Assembly: GCA_947453695.1 (NCBI GenBank)
Contig: CANGHW010000005.1
Span: forward strand, 43,091-107,090
Direction of reading: 5' to 3'
From: Opitutia bacterium
GTDB lineage: Bacteria > Verrucomicrobiota > Verrucomicrobiia > Opitutales > Opitutaceae
Length of the DNA: 64,000 nucleotides
The notes under the pieces are model-generated. The model did not search any database. It was given only the letters and a program-made list of their open reading frames with translations, and was not told where the DNA came from. Of this stretch, positions 9,201 to 20,282 are shown piece after piece. Made by a program: the position numbers and the translations under genes. Each line of letters begins with the position of its first letter. Positions within the stretch are counted from its first letter, which is position 1.

Positions 9201-10712
9201 TCAGTGCGACGCGGAGGCAGCGGTAGCGTGTAGTTGCAGGCGCTCGTCGGCGGCGGCGGAGTGGCGGGCGTAGTCGGCCGCAGCGGCGGCTTGCGCGGGA
9301 TTGAAATCGAAGGTGGGGATCATCGCACGCAGGCAGGCTAAGCCGTCGGTCGCACGCAGCGTGGCCGGGAAACAGCGCTGGATAACTTCCAGAGCGATAT
9401 TCGTGGAAACAGAAGCGCCGGGCGAGGCGCCAAGGAGTGCGGCGAGGGAACCATCGGTGGCGATCACCACTTCCGTGCCGAAGAAGAGCCGGCCGGCGTC
9501 GGCCTTTTTCAACGCCTGCACGCGGATGCCGGCGTCGACGAGGCGCCAGTCAGCGGCGCGGGCTTCGGGATAGAAGACGCGGAGCGCGGCCAGACGAGCG
9601 TCCATGCTCTGCAGGGCCTGTTGCACGAGAAAGCGGACGAGGATGGGATTGTGCAGGCCGGTGTGGAGCAGGGTGGGGAGATTATCGGGACGGAGGGAGG
9701 TGAAGAGATCCGAGGCGCGTCCCGTGCGGTGGAGAAACTTGGTCGTGCCCGTGGCGAAAGGGCCGAAAAGCAGGACGCGTTTGCCGTCCATGTGACGGAT
9801 ATCAAGGTGCGGTCCACCGAGGGCGCCGGAGTCGGGCGGGGGCGGGCCGTAGGCCTTGGCGAAGTGGCGGGCGACGACGGCGGGATTCTCGCAGACGAGC
9901 CACTGGCCCGCGATGGGGAAGGCGCCGAGGCCGTGGGCAACGGGTAGGCCGGAAGCCTGCAGGAGGGGGAGCGTGCCGCCACCCGCCCCGACGAACACAA
10001 AGCGCGTGCGGACGGGGCGCGACTCACCTGATTCGGTGTGGCGCACGGTAAGATCCCAGCCTGCGGTGGAATGCCGCAGACCGGTGATGCGATGGCCGGT
10101 GAAGACCCGGCAGCCCTCTTGCCCGCCGAGCCAGGTGAGGAGCCGACGCGACAGCTCGCCGAAATTGACGTCGGTGCCGCCGGCGACTCGGGTGGCGGCG
10201 ATGGCTTCATGTGCGGCGCGGCCGTCGACGAGGAGCGGGGCCCAGTCGCGGAGGCGGCTTCGCTCCGCGGTGAACTCCATCGTGCGGAAAAACGGATGGG
10301 CGGCCAGGGCGGCATGGCGGGCGCGGAGAAAATCAATCGAGGCGGTGCCACGGACGAAGCTCAGGTGGGGAACCGCGCGAATCCACTCGGCGGGGCGCGG
10401 CGCGAGGTCGTGCGCGACGGCATAGCTCCAAAACTGGCGCGACTGCTCGAAGCGGGCGAAGATTTCGACGGCTTTGGAGACGTCAACGGGCGCGCCGGGG
10501 GTGGCCGGCGGCGGGGTGTAGTTGAGTTCGCAGAGACCGGCGTGGCCAGTGCCAGCATTGTTCCAGCCATCGGAGCTCTCGCGGGCGAGGTCCGGAGCGG
10601 CCTCGTAGACCTCGAGGCGGAGCTGCGGGTTGAGGCGCTTGAGCATCACACCGAGGTGCGCGGACATGATGCCGCCGCCGATGAGAACGATGTCGGGGGC
10701 GGAGAAGGGCAT
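9201..10712 (-). CDS. mqo: Malate:quinone oxidoreductase
   Basis: DIVLIGGGIMSA FAD motif, SSDGWNNAGTGHAGLCELNYTP, GTDVNFG, PHLDIR, LLFGPFA, AGIRVQ, FGTEVV, LLGASPGAS. Confidence 0.93.
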   Translation of the reverse strand: MPFSAPDIVLIGGGIMSAHLGVMLKRLNPQLRLEVYEAAPDLARESSDGWNNAGTGHAGLCELNYTPPPATPGAPVDVSKAVEIFARFEQSRQFWSYAVAHDLAPRPAEWIRAVPHLSFVRGTASIDFLRARHAALAAHPFFRTMEFTAERSRLRDWAPLLVDGRAAHEAIAATRVAGGTDVNFGELSRRLLTWLGGQEGCRVFTGHRITGLRHSTAGWDLTVRHTESGESRPVRTRFVFVGAGGGTLPLLQASGLPVAHGLGAFPIAGQWLVCENPAVVARHFAKAYGPPPPDSGALGGPHLDIRHMDGKRVLLFGPFATGTTKFLHRTGRASDLFTSLRPDNLPTLLHTGLHNPILVRFLVQQALQSMDARLAALRVFYPEARAADWRLVDAGIRVQALKKADAGRLFFGTEVVIATDGSLAALLGASPGASVSTNIALEVIQRCFPATLRATDGLACLRAMIPTFDFNPAQAAAAADYARHSAAADERLQLHATAASASH

Positions 10713-10793
10713 GGCGACGCCGACAGGAATGCCCCGCCTGCAGTGCGTCAATCGCCCGGCGGCCGCGGCGTGCAGCATGACGCGCCCGGCGAG

Positions 10794-11393
10794 CTACACG
10801 CGGAGCATTCCGCGGAAGCCACGGCCGCTGTAGTAAGACTGTGCGCCGTTGTGGTAGATGAAGACGTGGCCGTAGCGGCGGTCGCCGAAGAGGGCGCCGC
10901 CGAGTGCGCGGATGTCAGGCGGGGCCTGCACCCAGCTCGATGACTTGGTGTCGAACTCTCCGAGCTGCTGCAGCTCGCGGTATTGGTCGGCGGTGAGCAG
11001 GGTGACGCCCATGGCCGCGGCCATCTCCATGGCGCTGGTCTGGGGCTTAAACTCTTTGCGGGAATCGAGCGCGGCGCGATCGTAGCACACACTGGTGCGA
11101 CCGGCGGGACTTTGCGCGGAGCAATCGACGAAGAGGAATTCACCCGTCTCTCGGTCCTGTCCGATCACATCCGGTTCGCCACCCGTGCGCTCCATCTCGG
11201 CGAGCGAGCGCAGCTTGGCGGGTTGGGCGGCGAGTTTCGCGGCGACGGCAGACCAAGCGAGTCCCTGATGACGGCGCGGATTGGCGGCGAAGCGCTCCTG
11301 CAGCGTGGCGAGCAGATCATCGTGGCCGCTCGACGCGCTGGCTGGCTTAGACGCGCGTGCTTTCTTCGTTGGGGCGGCGGCTTTGGTTTTCAC
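10794..11393 (-). CDS. DUF4256 family protein
   Basis: MERTGGEPDV, DCSAQSPAGRTSVCYD, FDTKSSSW, GGALFGDRRYGHVFIYHNGAQSYY..RGFRG; GTG start. Confidence 0.85.
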   Translation of the reverse strand: MKTKAAAPTKKARASKPASASSGHDDLLATLQERFAANPRRHQGLAWSAVAAKLAAQPAKLRSLAEMERTGGEPDVIGQDRETGEFLFVDCSAQSPAGRTSVCYDRAALDSRKEFKPQTSAMEMAAAMGVTLLTADQYRELQQLGEFDTKSSSWVQAPPDIRALGGALFGDRRYGHVFIYHNGAQSYYSGRGFRGMLRV

Positions 11394-11442
11394 GAGGGCG
11401 CGGGGAGGGCGCCCGCACCGGCGTGCCGGCGCGGTGGGGGAC

Positions 11443-12333
11443 TTACTTCAGCTCGGTCATGAAGCCCGGCAGTGACCATTGGTTCTGCAGGCTGTTGGGA
11501 TTGGAGTAGACCGTGGGAAACTGGATCGCGAGGTAGGTGCGGACGTCTTCCTGGGTCTTGCCTTGCTTGATCATGGCGCCGATGTCGGTGCGCATCTTCA
11601 CGACATTGTCCCGGTAGGTCTGGAGGCCGGCGCGATTGGTCACGGTGCCGTGGCCGGGGATTACTTTGTCGAAGTCGAGGGCGGCCATCGCACCGTCGAT
11701 GGTCTTGCTCCACTCGACAATGCTGCCGCCGCCCGAATAGTCGATGAGTGGAGTCACGCCGGCCATCAGATCGCCGGTGTGGAGGACGCGCTGGGCGGGA
11801 AAGTAGACGAGCACATCGCCGTTGGTATGGCCGCGGCCGAAGTAGCGGGCGCGCACTTCCTTGCCGCCGAGGAAGACGGAGGTCTCGTCGGTGAAGGTGA
11901 TGCGGGCCGGCTTCATCGTGGCGGGGGCGCCGGGCTGCTTGGCGTCGGTGATGTTGGCGCGGGCGTTTTTGTGGGAGATAATTTCCGCGACCTCGATGAA
12001 GCGGGTGTTGCCGCCGCTGTGATCGGAGTGGTGGTGGGTGTTGATCACGTATTTGACTGGCTTGTCCGTGACCGACTTCACCTGAGCCATGATTCCGTCG
12101 TAGTCCTGCTCAAACTTGGCGTCGACGAGGACGACGCCCTCGTCAGTGACGAGCAGACCCACATTACCGCCGCTGCCGATGATGACGAAGAGATCGTCGG
12201 CGACCTTCTCGATACCGAGCGGAGGGCGGCCCTGTTTCTGTTTGGCGGCGGGGGGCGTCTGGGACAGCGCGACGGGCGACGCGATAGCGAGAGTGAGGAG
12301 GGAAAACGCGAGCAAGGGAAGAGAACGGCGCAT
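11443..12333 (-). CDS. Secreted MBL-fold metallo-hydrolase (cyclase-like)
   Basis: Signal peptide; THHHSDHSGGN, GHTNGD, HTGDL and IPGHG metal-binding motifs. Confidence 0.9.
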   Translation of the reverse strand: MRRSLPLLAFSLLTLAIASPVALSQTPPAAKQKQGRPPLGIEKVADDLFVIIGSGGNVGLLVTDEGVVLVDAKFEQDYDGIMAQVKSVTDKPVKYVINTHHHSDHSGGNTRFIEVAEIISHKNARANITDAKQPGAPATMKPARITFTDETSVFLGGKEVRARYFGRGHTNGDVLVYFPAQRVLHTGDLMAGVTPLIDYSGGGSIVEWSKTIDGAMAALDFDKVIPGHGTVTNRAGLQTYRDNVVKMRTDIGAMIKQGKTQEDVRTYLAIQFPTVYSNPNSLQNQWSLPGFMTELK

Positions 12334-12447
12334 GGTGGGGGTGGGTGGGGCGATGCTTGGGAAAACCGATGGTGAATCGAGCTTGGAATGGTTGCCGGGT
12401 AAGCGGCGGACCGGTCATGAGAGCAGCGGGCGTGCCGCCGCGGGCGG

Positions 12448-13506
12448 CTATTCGGCCGGGACGACGCGGTCGGCCTCGGTCTGGCTCACGACCTTTTCCC
12501 GGACCTTGGCGAGAGCGGCCTCGCGCAGCGTGGTGAGGGGCTGCTTGTTCAACAAACCTGGGTAGGACAGGTAGTTCGTGGTGAGCACGTATTCGCGGAC
12601 GGCGGCGTTGATCGGAAGAAATTCGAAGACGCCCACGCGGCCGGTTGTGGTAGTCCGGAGCAGGCGCTGTGCGATGATGAGACGAAGGGCGCTTAGAAGA
12701 TCGTAACGAGGCACACCCATGTGCGCGAGGCGGTTGATGGCTTCGAGCGCGCTCGACGAGTGGATCGTCGACAACACGAGGTGGCCCGTTTGGGCAGCTT
12801 GGATGGCAATCTCGGCGGTCTCGCGGTCGCGTATCTCGCCGATCATGAGGACATCGGGGTCCTGCCGGATGAGACTGCGGAGCACACGTGCGAAAGAGAG
12901 ATCGATACGGGAGAATACCGGGACCTGGTTGACGCCGGGCAGCGTGATTTCCACCGGATCCTCGATGGTGGAGATATTGCGCGTGCGGTGATTGAGCGAG
13001 TTGAGCGCGCTATAGAGCGTGGTGGTTTTCCCGCTGCCGGAGGGGCCGGAGACCAAGATCAGACCGTTGGGCAGCGCGATGGTTTTCTCGAGGAGAGTGG
13101 TCTGGGCGGCGTCGAGGCCGAGCTCCGCAAACGTGCGCACGTGGGCCTTGGGATCGAGGAGGCGGAGGACGATCTTCTCGCCGTAGATCGTGGGGCACGT
13201 GCTGACCCGGATGCTGAGGTGGCGGGAGTCGGCGACGGGAAAATGGATGCGTCCATCCTGCGGGGCGCGCTGCTCGGCGATGTCGAGGTCGGCGAGGACC
13301 TTGAGTTGAGTATTTAGCCGGAGACCGAGGGACCTTTCGCCGACAAAGAGCGACTGCAGGAGTCCGTCCTGACGCATGCGGATATGGTAGTTCGTCTCGG
13401 CCGGCTCGAAGTGCAGATCCGACGCGCGGTGCTCGAAGGCGTAAGCGATGACCGAACTGACCTGATCAATGCTCGTGAAAGGCAGGGACTCCTGGGGCAA
13501 GGACAT
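12448..13506 (-). CDS. GspE/PilB-family secretion ATPase, short stand-alone form
   Basis: ASDLHFEP, LDIAEQRAPQDGRI, GEKIVLR, Walker A GPSGSGKTTT, TIEDPVE, RQDPDVLMIGEIRD, AQTGHLVLSTIH. Confidence 0.92.
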   Translation of the reverse strand: MSLPQESLPFTSIDQVSSVIAYAFEHRASDLHFEPAETNYHIRMRQDGLLQSLFVGERSLGLRLNTQLKVLADLDIAEQRAPQDGRIHFPVADSRHLSIRVSTCPTIYGEKIVLRLLDPKAHVRTFAELGLDAAQTTLLEKTIALPNGLILVSGPSGSGKTTTLYSALNSLNHRTRNISTIEDPVEITLPGVNQVPVFSRIDLSFARVLRSLIRQDPDVLMIGEIRDRETAEIAIQAAQTGHLVLSTIHSSSALEAINRLAHMGVPRYDLLSALRLIIAQRLLRTTTTGRVGVFEFLPINAAVREYVLTTNYLSYPGLLNKQPLTTLREAALAKVREKVVSQTEADRVVPAE

Positions 13507-13574
13507 GCGGACTAGGCAGGCACAAGTTGGCGTCGGGGCGAAGCCGGGAGCAGGGCGGGTAACGCTTATTCCCC

Positions 13575-14975
13575 TCAGCCCGTCGCGCGCAGCTCCGTGA
13601 GCTGTTTCGTCGCGATGCCAACAGGGCGGTCGAGTGGGACGCCCGCGCAGCCGAGTAAGGTCGAGAGGAGATCGCCCTGATTACCGCGCACGCCGGTAAC
13701 GAAACGGCCAGTGTTGAGCGAGCCGCCGCCGCGGCCGGCGAGGATGAAGGGCAGGTTTTCGCGCTGGTGCTTGTTGCCGTCCTCGAGACCGGAGCCCCAC
13801 ATCATGATGCAGTTGTCGAGCAGGGTGCCGTCGCCCTCGCGGATGCTCTGCATGCGCTTCACCATGTAGGCGAACTGCGCGATGTTGAAGGCGGTGATCG
13901 CGGCGACCTTGCGGACCTTTTCCGCCTCGAAGTTGTGGTGGGTGTTGGAGTGATGCGTGTCGGAGAACCCAAGCTCGGGGTAGGACACGCCGTTGGGGGT
14001 GGAGCCGATGTAGGTGCTGATGCGCGTGGTGTCGGTCTGGAAGGCGAGCACGTTGAGGTCACACATGACCTGCATGTATTCGCTGCGTTTGTCGCCGAGC
14101 GGGATCTTGATCTCGATGGGCGGCGAATCGGACGCGTGGCGTTTGCTGACACTGACGCCGGCTTTCTCGAGCGCGGCTTCCTTCTGGCGATATTCAATGG
14201 CGGCGATGCGACGCTCCACGGAGCGCACGCTGTCGAGGTATTCGTCGAGCTTGTGCTGGTCGCCCTGCGGCAGAGTGCGGCGGAGGTCCTTCGCGCCGCC
14301 GAGCACGAGGTCGAGCATCTTGCGGTCGAGGGCGCTGGTTTGGGAGGACTGGACGGATTGGCCGGGGCGGCCGGCGGCATCGCGCATGCCGAAGAGTCGG
14401 TTGAGCACGCTGCGCGGATTGGTCTCAGCGGGCATGGCCTGCGTGGCCGAACGGTAACTGCAGTGCGAATAGTAGCCCTCGTTGAGGCCCTCCTGGTTCT
14501 CCTTGTGCGTTTGCGGCATCGTGGCCAGCTCCAGCGACGGCAGAGAAGTGAGGTGGCCGATGTGGTTGGCGGCGATCTGGTCGGCGGAGATCGAGATATT
14601 GATTTGGCTGCGGCGGTCGGCGTCGGGGAGGCGGGCGGTGAGCCAGGTGGACAACTCGAGGGCGTGCGGAGCGCCGTTGAACGGCGAGATCGGCACACCG
14701 GAGATGCCCTTCATCAAAAGACACTCGCCGAGCACGGAGCGCAGCGATTCCAGGGCGGGCGGCGGAGTGGTGAGAAACGTGTCCGGACTCGCAGGCCAGA
14801 ACTGGTCCATGATCACGCCGTGCGGCATATACATGAAGCCGAGGCGGACGGGGGGCTTGGCGGCCTTTTTCTTTTCCGGCTCGGCCCAGCCCATCGATTC
14901 GAAGAGCGGCAGGGCGAGGGCGACGCCGAGACCTTTGAGACACGTGCGACGATCGATGAGGTGGGTGCTGCTCAT
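13575..14975 (-). CDS. DUF1552 family protein (Tat-like N-terminus)
   Basis: [75 protein letters not shown]. Confidence 0.9.
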   Translation of the reverse strand: MSSTHLIDRRTCLKGLGVALALPLFESMGWAEPEKKKAAKPPVRLGFMYMPHGVIMDQFWPASPDTFLTTPPPALESLRSVLGECLLMKGISGVPISPFNGAPHALELSTWLTARLPDADRRSQINISISADQIAANHIGHLTSLPSLELATMPQTHKENQEGLNEGYYSHCSYRSATQAMPAETNPRSVLNRLFGMRDAAGRPGQSVQSSQTSALDRKMLDLVLGGAKDLRRTLPQGDQHKLDEYLDSVRSVERRIAAIEYRQKEAALEKAGVSVSKRHASDSPPIEIKIPLGDKRSEYMQVMCDLNVLAFQTDTTRISTYIGSTPNGVSYPELGFSDTHHSNTHHNFEAEKVRKVAAITAFNIAQFAYMVKRMQSIREGDGTLLDNCIMMWGSGLEDGNKHQRENLPFILAGRGGGSLNTGRFVTGVRGNQGDLLSTLLGCAGVPLDRPVGIATKQLTELRATG

Positions 14976-14991
14976 GGGAAAAGAAGTGGGG

Positions 14992-16917
14992 TTATTGGAT
15001 TCGGCGCTGCGTGAAGGGGTAACTGGTCACGATTTCACTGATGAGGGTTTGGAGGCGGTAGCCGTCTTTGGCGATGGTTTCCATCAGGCGGTCGACGACG
15101 ATTTCGTCGTAGCCCTCGAGCTGGCGGCAGAGGGCGTAGGCAAGGAGTTTCTCGGTGAGATTGCGCGCGAGGTCGGCTTCGCGGGCGGCGATGATGGCTT
15201 TCAATTCCTTCGGTGACGAAAAGCGTTTGCCGCCCGGAAGCTCGCCGCTGGCATCGATGGGGCCGCTGCCCTCCTCGGCGTCGCGCCAGCGGCCGATCGC
15301 GTCGAAGTTCTCCAAGCCGAAACCGATCGGGTCGAGGATGCGGTGGCAGTTGGCGCAGACGGGATCGGTGCGGTGCAGCTCGGTGCGCTGGCGCAGCGTC
15401 AGGTTGGCGACTTTGGCCTGATCTTGTTTTTCGAGCGAAGGAACATTGGGCGGCGGGGCCGGCACGTGCTCGCCGAGCACCTGCTCGAGGACCCAGACGC
15501 CGCGTTTGACGGGGCTGGTGCGATTGGGAAACGAAGTCGTCGCGAGGATGCCGGGCATGCCGAGAATGCCGCCGCGATTGGCGTCGGTGAGCTGCACGCG
15601 GCGCATGGCGGGCCCGGCGATGGTTTTCTCCAGGCCGTAAAGCTGGGCGAGCGGGCCGTTGAGATAGGTGTAGTCGCTGTCGACGAAGGCGACGACGCGG
15701 CGATTTTCGCGGATGAGGCTTTCGAAGAAGAGTCGCGCTTCCTCATACATGGCCGTGCGGACCTCGGCGGTCATGACGGGGAATTGGGCCGCGTCGAAGG
15801 TCTTGCCGGCGAGTTCGCCAAGCCCGAGCCATTGCGCGCCGAAGCCGTCGAACAACGCGCGCGAACGCGGATCCTGCAGCAGGCGCTTCACCTGCGCCTG
15901 GAGCACAGCGGGCTCGTGGAGCGTGCCGCGGTCGGCGAGGGCGGCGAGCTCGGCATCGGGCAGGGTGGCCCAAAGCAGATACGAGAGGCGCGACGCGAGT
16001 TGATGGTCGTCGAGCGGGACGATCTTACGGCCGGCTTCGGCGGTGGCCGCGGGTGTGATATAGAGGAACTGCGGCGAGACGAGGATCGCCTTGAGCATCA
16101 GACCGAGGGCGGCCGGGTAGGAGAGTTTGTTCTCCTGCCCGAGGTCGAACACGCCGAGGAGGACATCGAGTTCAGGCTCCGAGGGCGGGCGGCGGTAAGC
16201 GCTGCGGGCGAGCGAGCGGGCGACCTGGCGAGCGGCGGCGCGGACATCGGCGCCGGCCGGGGGCGTCGCACCGAAGAGACGCACCTGCACGGGTGTCGGC
16301 GCGGCGCCCGCGGGAGCGACGACGCGCTCGAGCACGGTGTTGGCGATGCGGAGATATTGCTCCGACTGGAGAGGCGAGAGGTTGTTGAGGTAACCCTCAC
16401 CCACGACCTCATCCGGCAACTCGGCGGTGACCGACGCGTCGACGCCGAAGAGATCATGGAGGGTGTTGCCGTATTCGACCTTGGTGAGACGGCGAAGCGC
16501 GAAGGGACCGGGATCGGGCGTGCTGAGATATTTGAGCTGCGAGATCCACTGCTCGAACATCTGGCGATCCGCCTCCGAAGGCTGCGGGTCGGCATCGTCG
16601 GGCGGCATGTCGTGAGCCCGCACGTTGATGACGGCCTGCTTCCAGTGTTTGCTGAAACCAGCCGCGCCGGGGTATTTGAGCGCGGACTCGAAGTTCACTC
16701 CTCCCTTCGACTTCCGGTTGCTGTGGCAACTTAGGCAGTTGGTCTTCACGAACGGCGTCACCTTCTCGCGAAAGGATTTTTTGATCTCGGCCTGCAGGGT
16801 GGCGAGTTCGGCGTCGTTCGTCGGCGGTGCTGCTCCGGCCGGGGTAGCGAGCGGGAAGGTGAGGGCGGAAAGCACGGCGGTGAGGACGCCGCGACGAAGG
16901 AGTCCGAGCTGGGTCAT
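14992..16917 (-). CDS. DUF1592/DUF1588/DUF1587/DUF1595/DUF1585 multidomain protein with c-type heme motifs
   Basis: CLSCH and CANCH motifs; [54 protein letters not shown]. Confidence 0.9.
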   Translation of the reverse strand: MTQLGLLRRGVLTAVLSALTFPLATPAGAAPPTNDAELATLQAEIKKSFREKVTPFVKTNCLSCHSNRKSKGGVNFESALKYPGAAGFSKHWKQAVINVRAHDMPPDDADPQPSEADRQMFEQWISQLKYLSTPDPGPFALRRLTKVEYGNTLHDLFGVDASVTAELPDEVVGEGYLNNLSPLQSEQYLRIANTVLERVVAPAGAAPTPVQVRLFGATPPAGADVRAAARQVARSLARSAYRRPPSEPELDVLLGVFDLGQENKLSYPAALGLMLKAILVSPQFLYITPAATAEAGRKIVPLDDHQLASRLSYLLWATLPDAELAALADRGTLHEPAVLQAQVKRLLQDPRSRALFDGFGAQWLGLGELAGKTFDAAQFPVMTAEVRTAMYEEARLFFESLIRENRRVVAFVDSDYTYLNGPLAQLYGLEKTIAGPAMRRVQLTDANRGGILGMPGILATTSFPNRTSPVKRGVWVLEQVLGEHVPAPPPNVPSLEKQDQAKVANLTLRQRTELHRTDPVCANCHRILDPIGFGLENFDAIGRWRDAEEGSGPIDASGELPGGKRFSSPKELKAIIAAREADLARNLTEKLLAYALCRQLEGYDEIVVDRLMETIAKDGYRLQTLISEIVTSYPFTQRRIQ

Positions 16918-17025
16918 GCCGTTTTCATGAGGGAGGCGTGCACTGTTTCCGGCTGACCGCGTGCGCTCAAATGTAATCTCTCGTAAGCGGATGGCACGCG
17001 CACGGCAGGGCTGGCGCTGGCGGAT

Positions 17026-17595
17026 CTACGCGGTCGCAGTGCGTCGGGCCGAGACAAAGAGGACAGCGGCGAAGCCGGATTCGATGGCAGCGCCGGCGAA
17101 GGCGCCAAGCGTCGGAGCTGCGTTGGCCAGACCGATTGCACATCCGGTGGCGGCGAGCACGGCGCCGCAGATCCAATAGAGCCGCAGCCCGTAGAGCGTG
17201 GCAAAGGTGAGGTAACGACCGCCGATGATGAGAAGCATGGCCGGGAAGAACCACTCGGGGCGGAGGCGCGACACGCCAAACGCGAGGGACAACATCAGGA
17301 TCATCCAAAACGTCGTCGCCAGCGCGAGGGAGCCGAGTGGGTTGTCGGCGCGGTGTTTACCCGGGCGGCCCAGCGCCTTGGTGAGCAATACGGACACGGG
17401 AAAAATCAGCATGCCGCCCAGGAGCAACGTCCAGATCGCGCGCGTGGGTGGGGTAACGAGGGACACCACGCCGGCGATGGCCCACACGGTGGCGGACGTG
17501 AGCAGCCCAGGGGCGCCGTCGTAGTAGGCGAAACGCATCTCGCGTTGGGCTTCGGCCAGAGTCGGCGAGGAAGAATTGGCGGATGAAGCACTCAT
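17026..17595 (-). CDS. Hypothetical integral membrane protein (about 6 TM helices)
   Basis: Start ATG 17595 (MSASSANS..); hydrophobic helices; WFFPAMLLIIGGRYLTFATLYG. Confidence 0.75.
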   Translation of the reverse strand: MSASSANSSSPTLAEAQREMRFAYYDGAPGLLTSATVWAIAGVVSLVTPPTRAIWTLLLGGMLIFPVSVLLTKALGRPGKHRADNPLGSLALATTFWMILMLSLAFGVSRLRPEWFFPAMLLIIGGRYLTFATLYGLRLYWICGAVLAATGCAIGLANAAPTLGAFAGAAIESGFAAVLFVSARRTATA

Positions 17596-17722
17596 GGTGG
17601 CGGTGGCTGCTTCGGCAGCGTGGAGGCGGCAGAGGGTAAAGGCGCCGGTTCTTTGCGGGCGTCCTGCTGGCGCCGCGATTCTGGTGCCACGAGCACGGTG
17701 CAGCTGGGTGCGGCGGTCGATT

Positions 17723-20281
17723 TCACCGCGAGCGGAAGGTTTCACTGGCGAGGCACTCAATGACGAGCGTGCGCAGGCCGTAGTTATCCTTCTTCACAGC
17801 CTGCAGGATGTCATCGACCACGAAATCATCACTGGTGGTGAGGTGGCGGCCGGTGGCGTAGCTGAGAAACTGTTTGATGAGGTGCCGGGTAAATTGATCC
17901 GTCCGGTTGGCGACGAGGCGGGCTTTGAATTCGCGGAAGTCGGCGTAGGTCTCGCCCGAGCCAAACTCGCCGGAGGAGTCGACTTTCGGGGCCGTGCCTT
18001 TGCCCTTGGGTTTCGCGTAGGTGTCGCGCCAGCGGCCGATGGGATCGAAGGTTTCGAGGCCGAAGCCGAGGGGGTCGATCTTGCGGTGGCATTCGGCGCA
18101 GGCCTGGTCGGCGCGGTGTTTGGCGAGGCGCTCGCGGATGGTGGTGGCGCCGCTCACATCGGCCCCGAGGGCGGGAACGACATCCGGCGGCGGGGGCGGT
18201 TTGATGCCGAGGATGTTTTCCATGACCCACACGCCGCGCGTGACGGGCGAGGTTTCCACGCCGTTGGCGCTGACGGTGAGGACGCCGGCCATGCCGAGCA
18301 GTCCGCCGCGCTGGGTATTGCCCGGGAAGCTGACCCGCTGGAAACCGTCGGCGATGCGCAGGATCTTTTGCGCGGGGAGGCCGTAGAGTTTGGCGAGCCG
18401 CTTGTCGGCAAACGTATAGTCGGCATCGAGGAATTGCTGCACCGAGCCGTTTTCCCGGAGCAGGTGCCGGAAGAAGAGACGGGCCTCCGTCTTCATGGCC
18501 TCGGGCAGATTCTCCGCGTAGTAGACCCGCATGGTTTCGCGCGGGGGTGGTTGGCTGCCGAGGTCGCGCAGGTTGAGCCAGCTGTCGAGGAAGCCGTTGA
18601 TGAAGCCGCTCACGCGGTCGTCGGCGAGGAGCCGCGCGCTCTGTTGGCGCAGCTCCGCGGGCTTCGTGAGTTTCTTGGCGACGGTGAGCAACTCGGCGTC
18701 GGGCGGGGCGCTCCAGAGTGCGTAGGAAAGGCGGGAGGCGAGATCGTAGGGGCCGAGCTTGGGGTCTTTCTCGTTGGTGATCTCGCTGAAGTAGAGGAAC
18801 GACGGCGAGCACAGGATCATCTTCAGAGTATCGAGAGCCGCCTGCCACCGGGTGGCCTGCTCGGCGATCCGGCGCTCGTAGGTTTTCCGGATGGCCGTGC
18901 GATCGGCCGAGGTGAGCGGACGCCGGTAGGCGCGGGCACCGAAGTCATAGAGTTGATCGAGGGCCTGCTTGGCTTGGAAGCCCTGCGCGCCAAACACCGC
19001 GCGCTCCTCGGCGCTGCCGCCCGGCTCGGCGAGCGGGCCGGCGATCTTGATCTCGCCGATGCGGATGTGCGGGAGTTTTCCCTCGCCGGTGATCAAGTGC
19101 GTGCGGCTGACGCCGGCATTGGCAAACTTGGCATCGAACTCGCCCTTGTAGCGCTTGTTGACCTCGAGGACGGAGGCACGCGACTCGTAGGGACCGTTGG
19201 GAAAAATGAATCGCGGGGTCTGTCCGGCCTCGAGCCAGACGCGGAACTTGAGCCACGTCGGCTGATCGTCGGGCACGGTGGCCTGCGCGAGGAGTGGCTC
19301 GATGGCCTGCGGATAGTGGATGTGATTCTTGGTAGCGTCGCCGGGGACGATGCCCAGCAGGAAGGGTTCGGAGAAATCGATGCCGAAGATGGTGGGATCG
19401 TAGTGCGTGTCGCGGTGCATGGCCTGCGCGAGGACCTCGATGTCGTAGAGGCCGGAGACGGGCACGCCCTTCAGGAAATCCTCGATGTGGCCGTAGCCGC
19501 CCTGGCGGGTGTCGGTATTGGGCTGCTCGTAGAGGCAGAGATACTTGAAGTTGAACGCGGATTTGTGCGGGCCCTGGAGCTCCTCGTATTGGACAAAGTG
19601 GTCTTTGAAGTGCCACGTCTTCGGCGGTGTGTCCGGCCGGCCGAGGCGGGTCTCGACGAGGCGATTGGCGGATTGGAAATACTGATCGAGGAGGAAGCCG
19701 GAGGTGACGAGGGACTGGCCGATGGTATCGATGTGCTCGCTCGCCTTCTCCTTGGGGAAATCAGCGGTGAGGCCGAGGGTGTCGACGCGGCGGCCAAACA
19801 AAGTCGCGAGGGTATTTTCGTATTCCCGATTGGAAAGCCGGCGCATCACGGTGCGCGCGACGGGGGTTTCAATCTTGCCGCGGGTTGAGGCGATGTTTTC
19901 CCGCAGCAGGCGGATGATCGCGAGCCGCTCGTCGTCGCTCGGTTGGGCCTTTTCCTTGATCGGCGGCATCTCCCGCAAGGTGAGCTGATCGACGATGTCC
20001 TTGGCGGCGATCAGGGAGGCGACGTTGGTGAGCGGAAATTTGAAACTCTCGAACTCGCGGTCGCCTTTCTGCGTCACGGTGTCGTGGCACTTGAGGCAGT
20101 ATTTATCGAGGAAGGGGATCAGGGCCTTCTGGGCAGGCGATTCCGCGGCGGGGGCGAAGGTGGCGGTGAAGCAGCAGACGAAGAGGGCGAGGACGCGCGC
20201 GCTTAAACGACGGGCCCATGCCGGCACAGGGGCGTGCCCGCTGACCGCGAATGCCAGGCGACCCGGAGCGTCTGAAGCCAT
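17723..20281 (-). CDS. DUF1592-family multidomain protein (large form) with c-type heme motifs
   Basis: Start ATG 20281, just after the DUF1552 stop; CLKCH and CAECH; MRRLSNREYENT, LASRLSYALW, TSPVTRGVWV, DPLGFGLETFDPIGRWR. Confidence 0.9.
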   Translation of the reverse strand: MASDAPGRLAFAVSGHAPVPAWARRLSARVLALFVCCFTATFAPAAESPAQKALIPFLDKYCLKCHDTVTQKGDREFESFKFPLTNVASLIAAKDIVDQLTLREMPPIKEKAQPSDDERLAIIRLLRENIASTRGKIETPVARTVMRRLSNREYENTLATLFGRRVDTLGLTADFPKEKASEHIDTIGQSLVTSGFLLDQYFQSANRLVETRLGRPDTPPKTWHFKDHFVQYEELQGPHKSAFNFKYLCLYEQPNTDTRQGGYGHIEDFLKGVPVSGLYDIEVLAQAMHRDTHYDPTIFGIDFSEPFLLGIVPGDATKNHIHYPQAIEPLLAQATVPDDQPTWLKFRVWLEAGQTPRFIFPNGPYESRASVLEVNKRYKGEFDAKFANAGVSRTHLITGEGKLPHIRIGEIKIAGPLAEPGGSAEERAVFGAQGFQAKQALDQLYDFGARAYRRPLTSADRTAIRKTYERRIAEQATRWQAALDTLKMILCSPSFLYFSEITNEKDPKLGPYDLASRLSYALWSAPPDAELLTVAKKLTKPAELRQQSARLLADDRVSGFINGFLDSWLNLRDLGSQPPPRETMRVYYAENLPEAMKTEARLFFRHLLRENGSVQQFLDADYTFADKRLAKLYGLPAQKILRIADGFQRVSFPGNTQRGGLLGMAGVLTVSANGVETSPVTRGVWVMENILGIKPPPPPDVVPALGADVSGATTIRERLAKHRADQACAECHRKIDPLGFGLETFDPIGRWRDTYAKPKGKGTAPKVDSSGEFGSGETYADFREFKARLVANRTDQFTRHLIKQFLSYATGRHLTTSDDFVVDDILQAVKKDNYGLRTLVIECLASETFRSR

Positions 20282-20282
20282 C

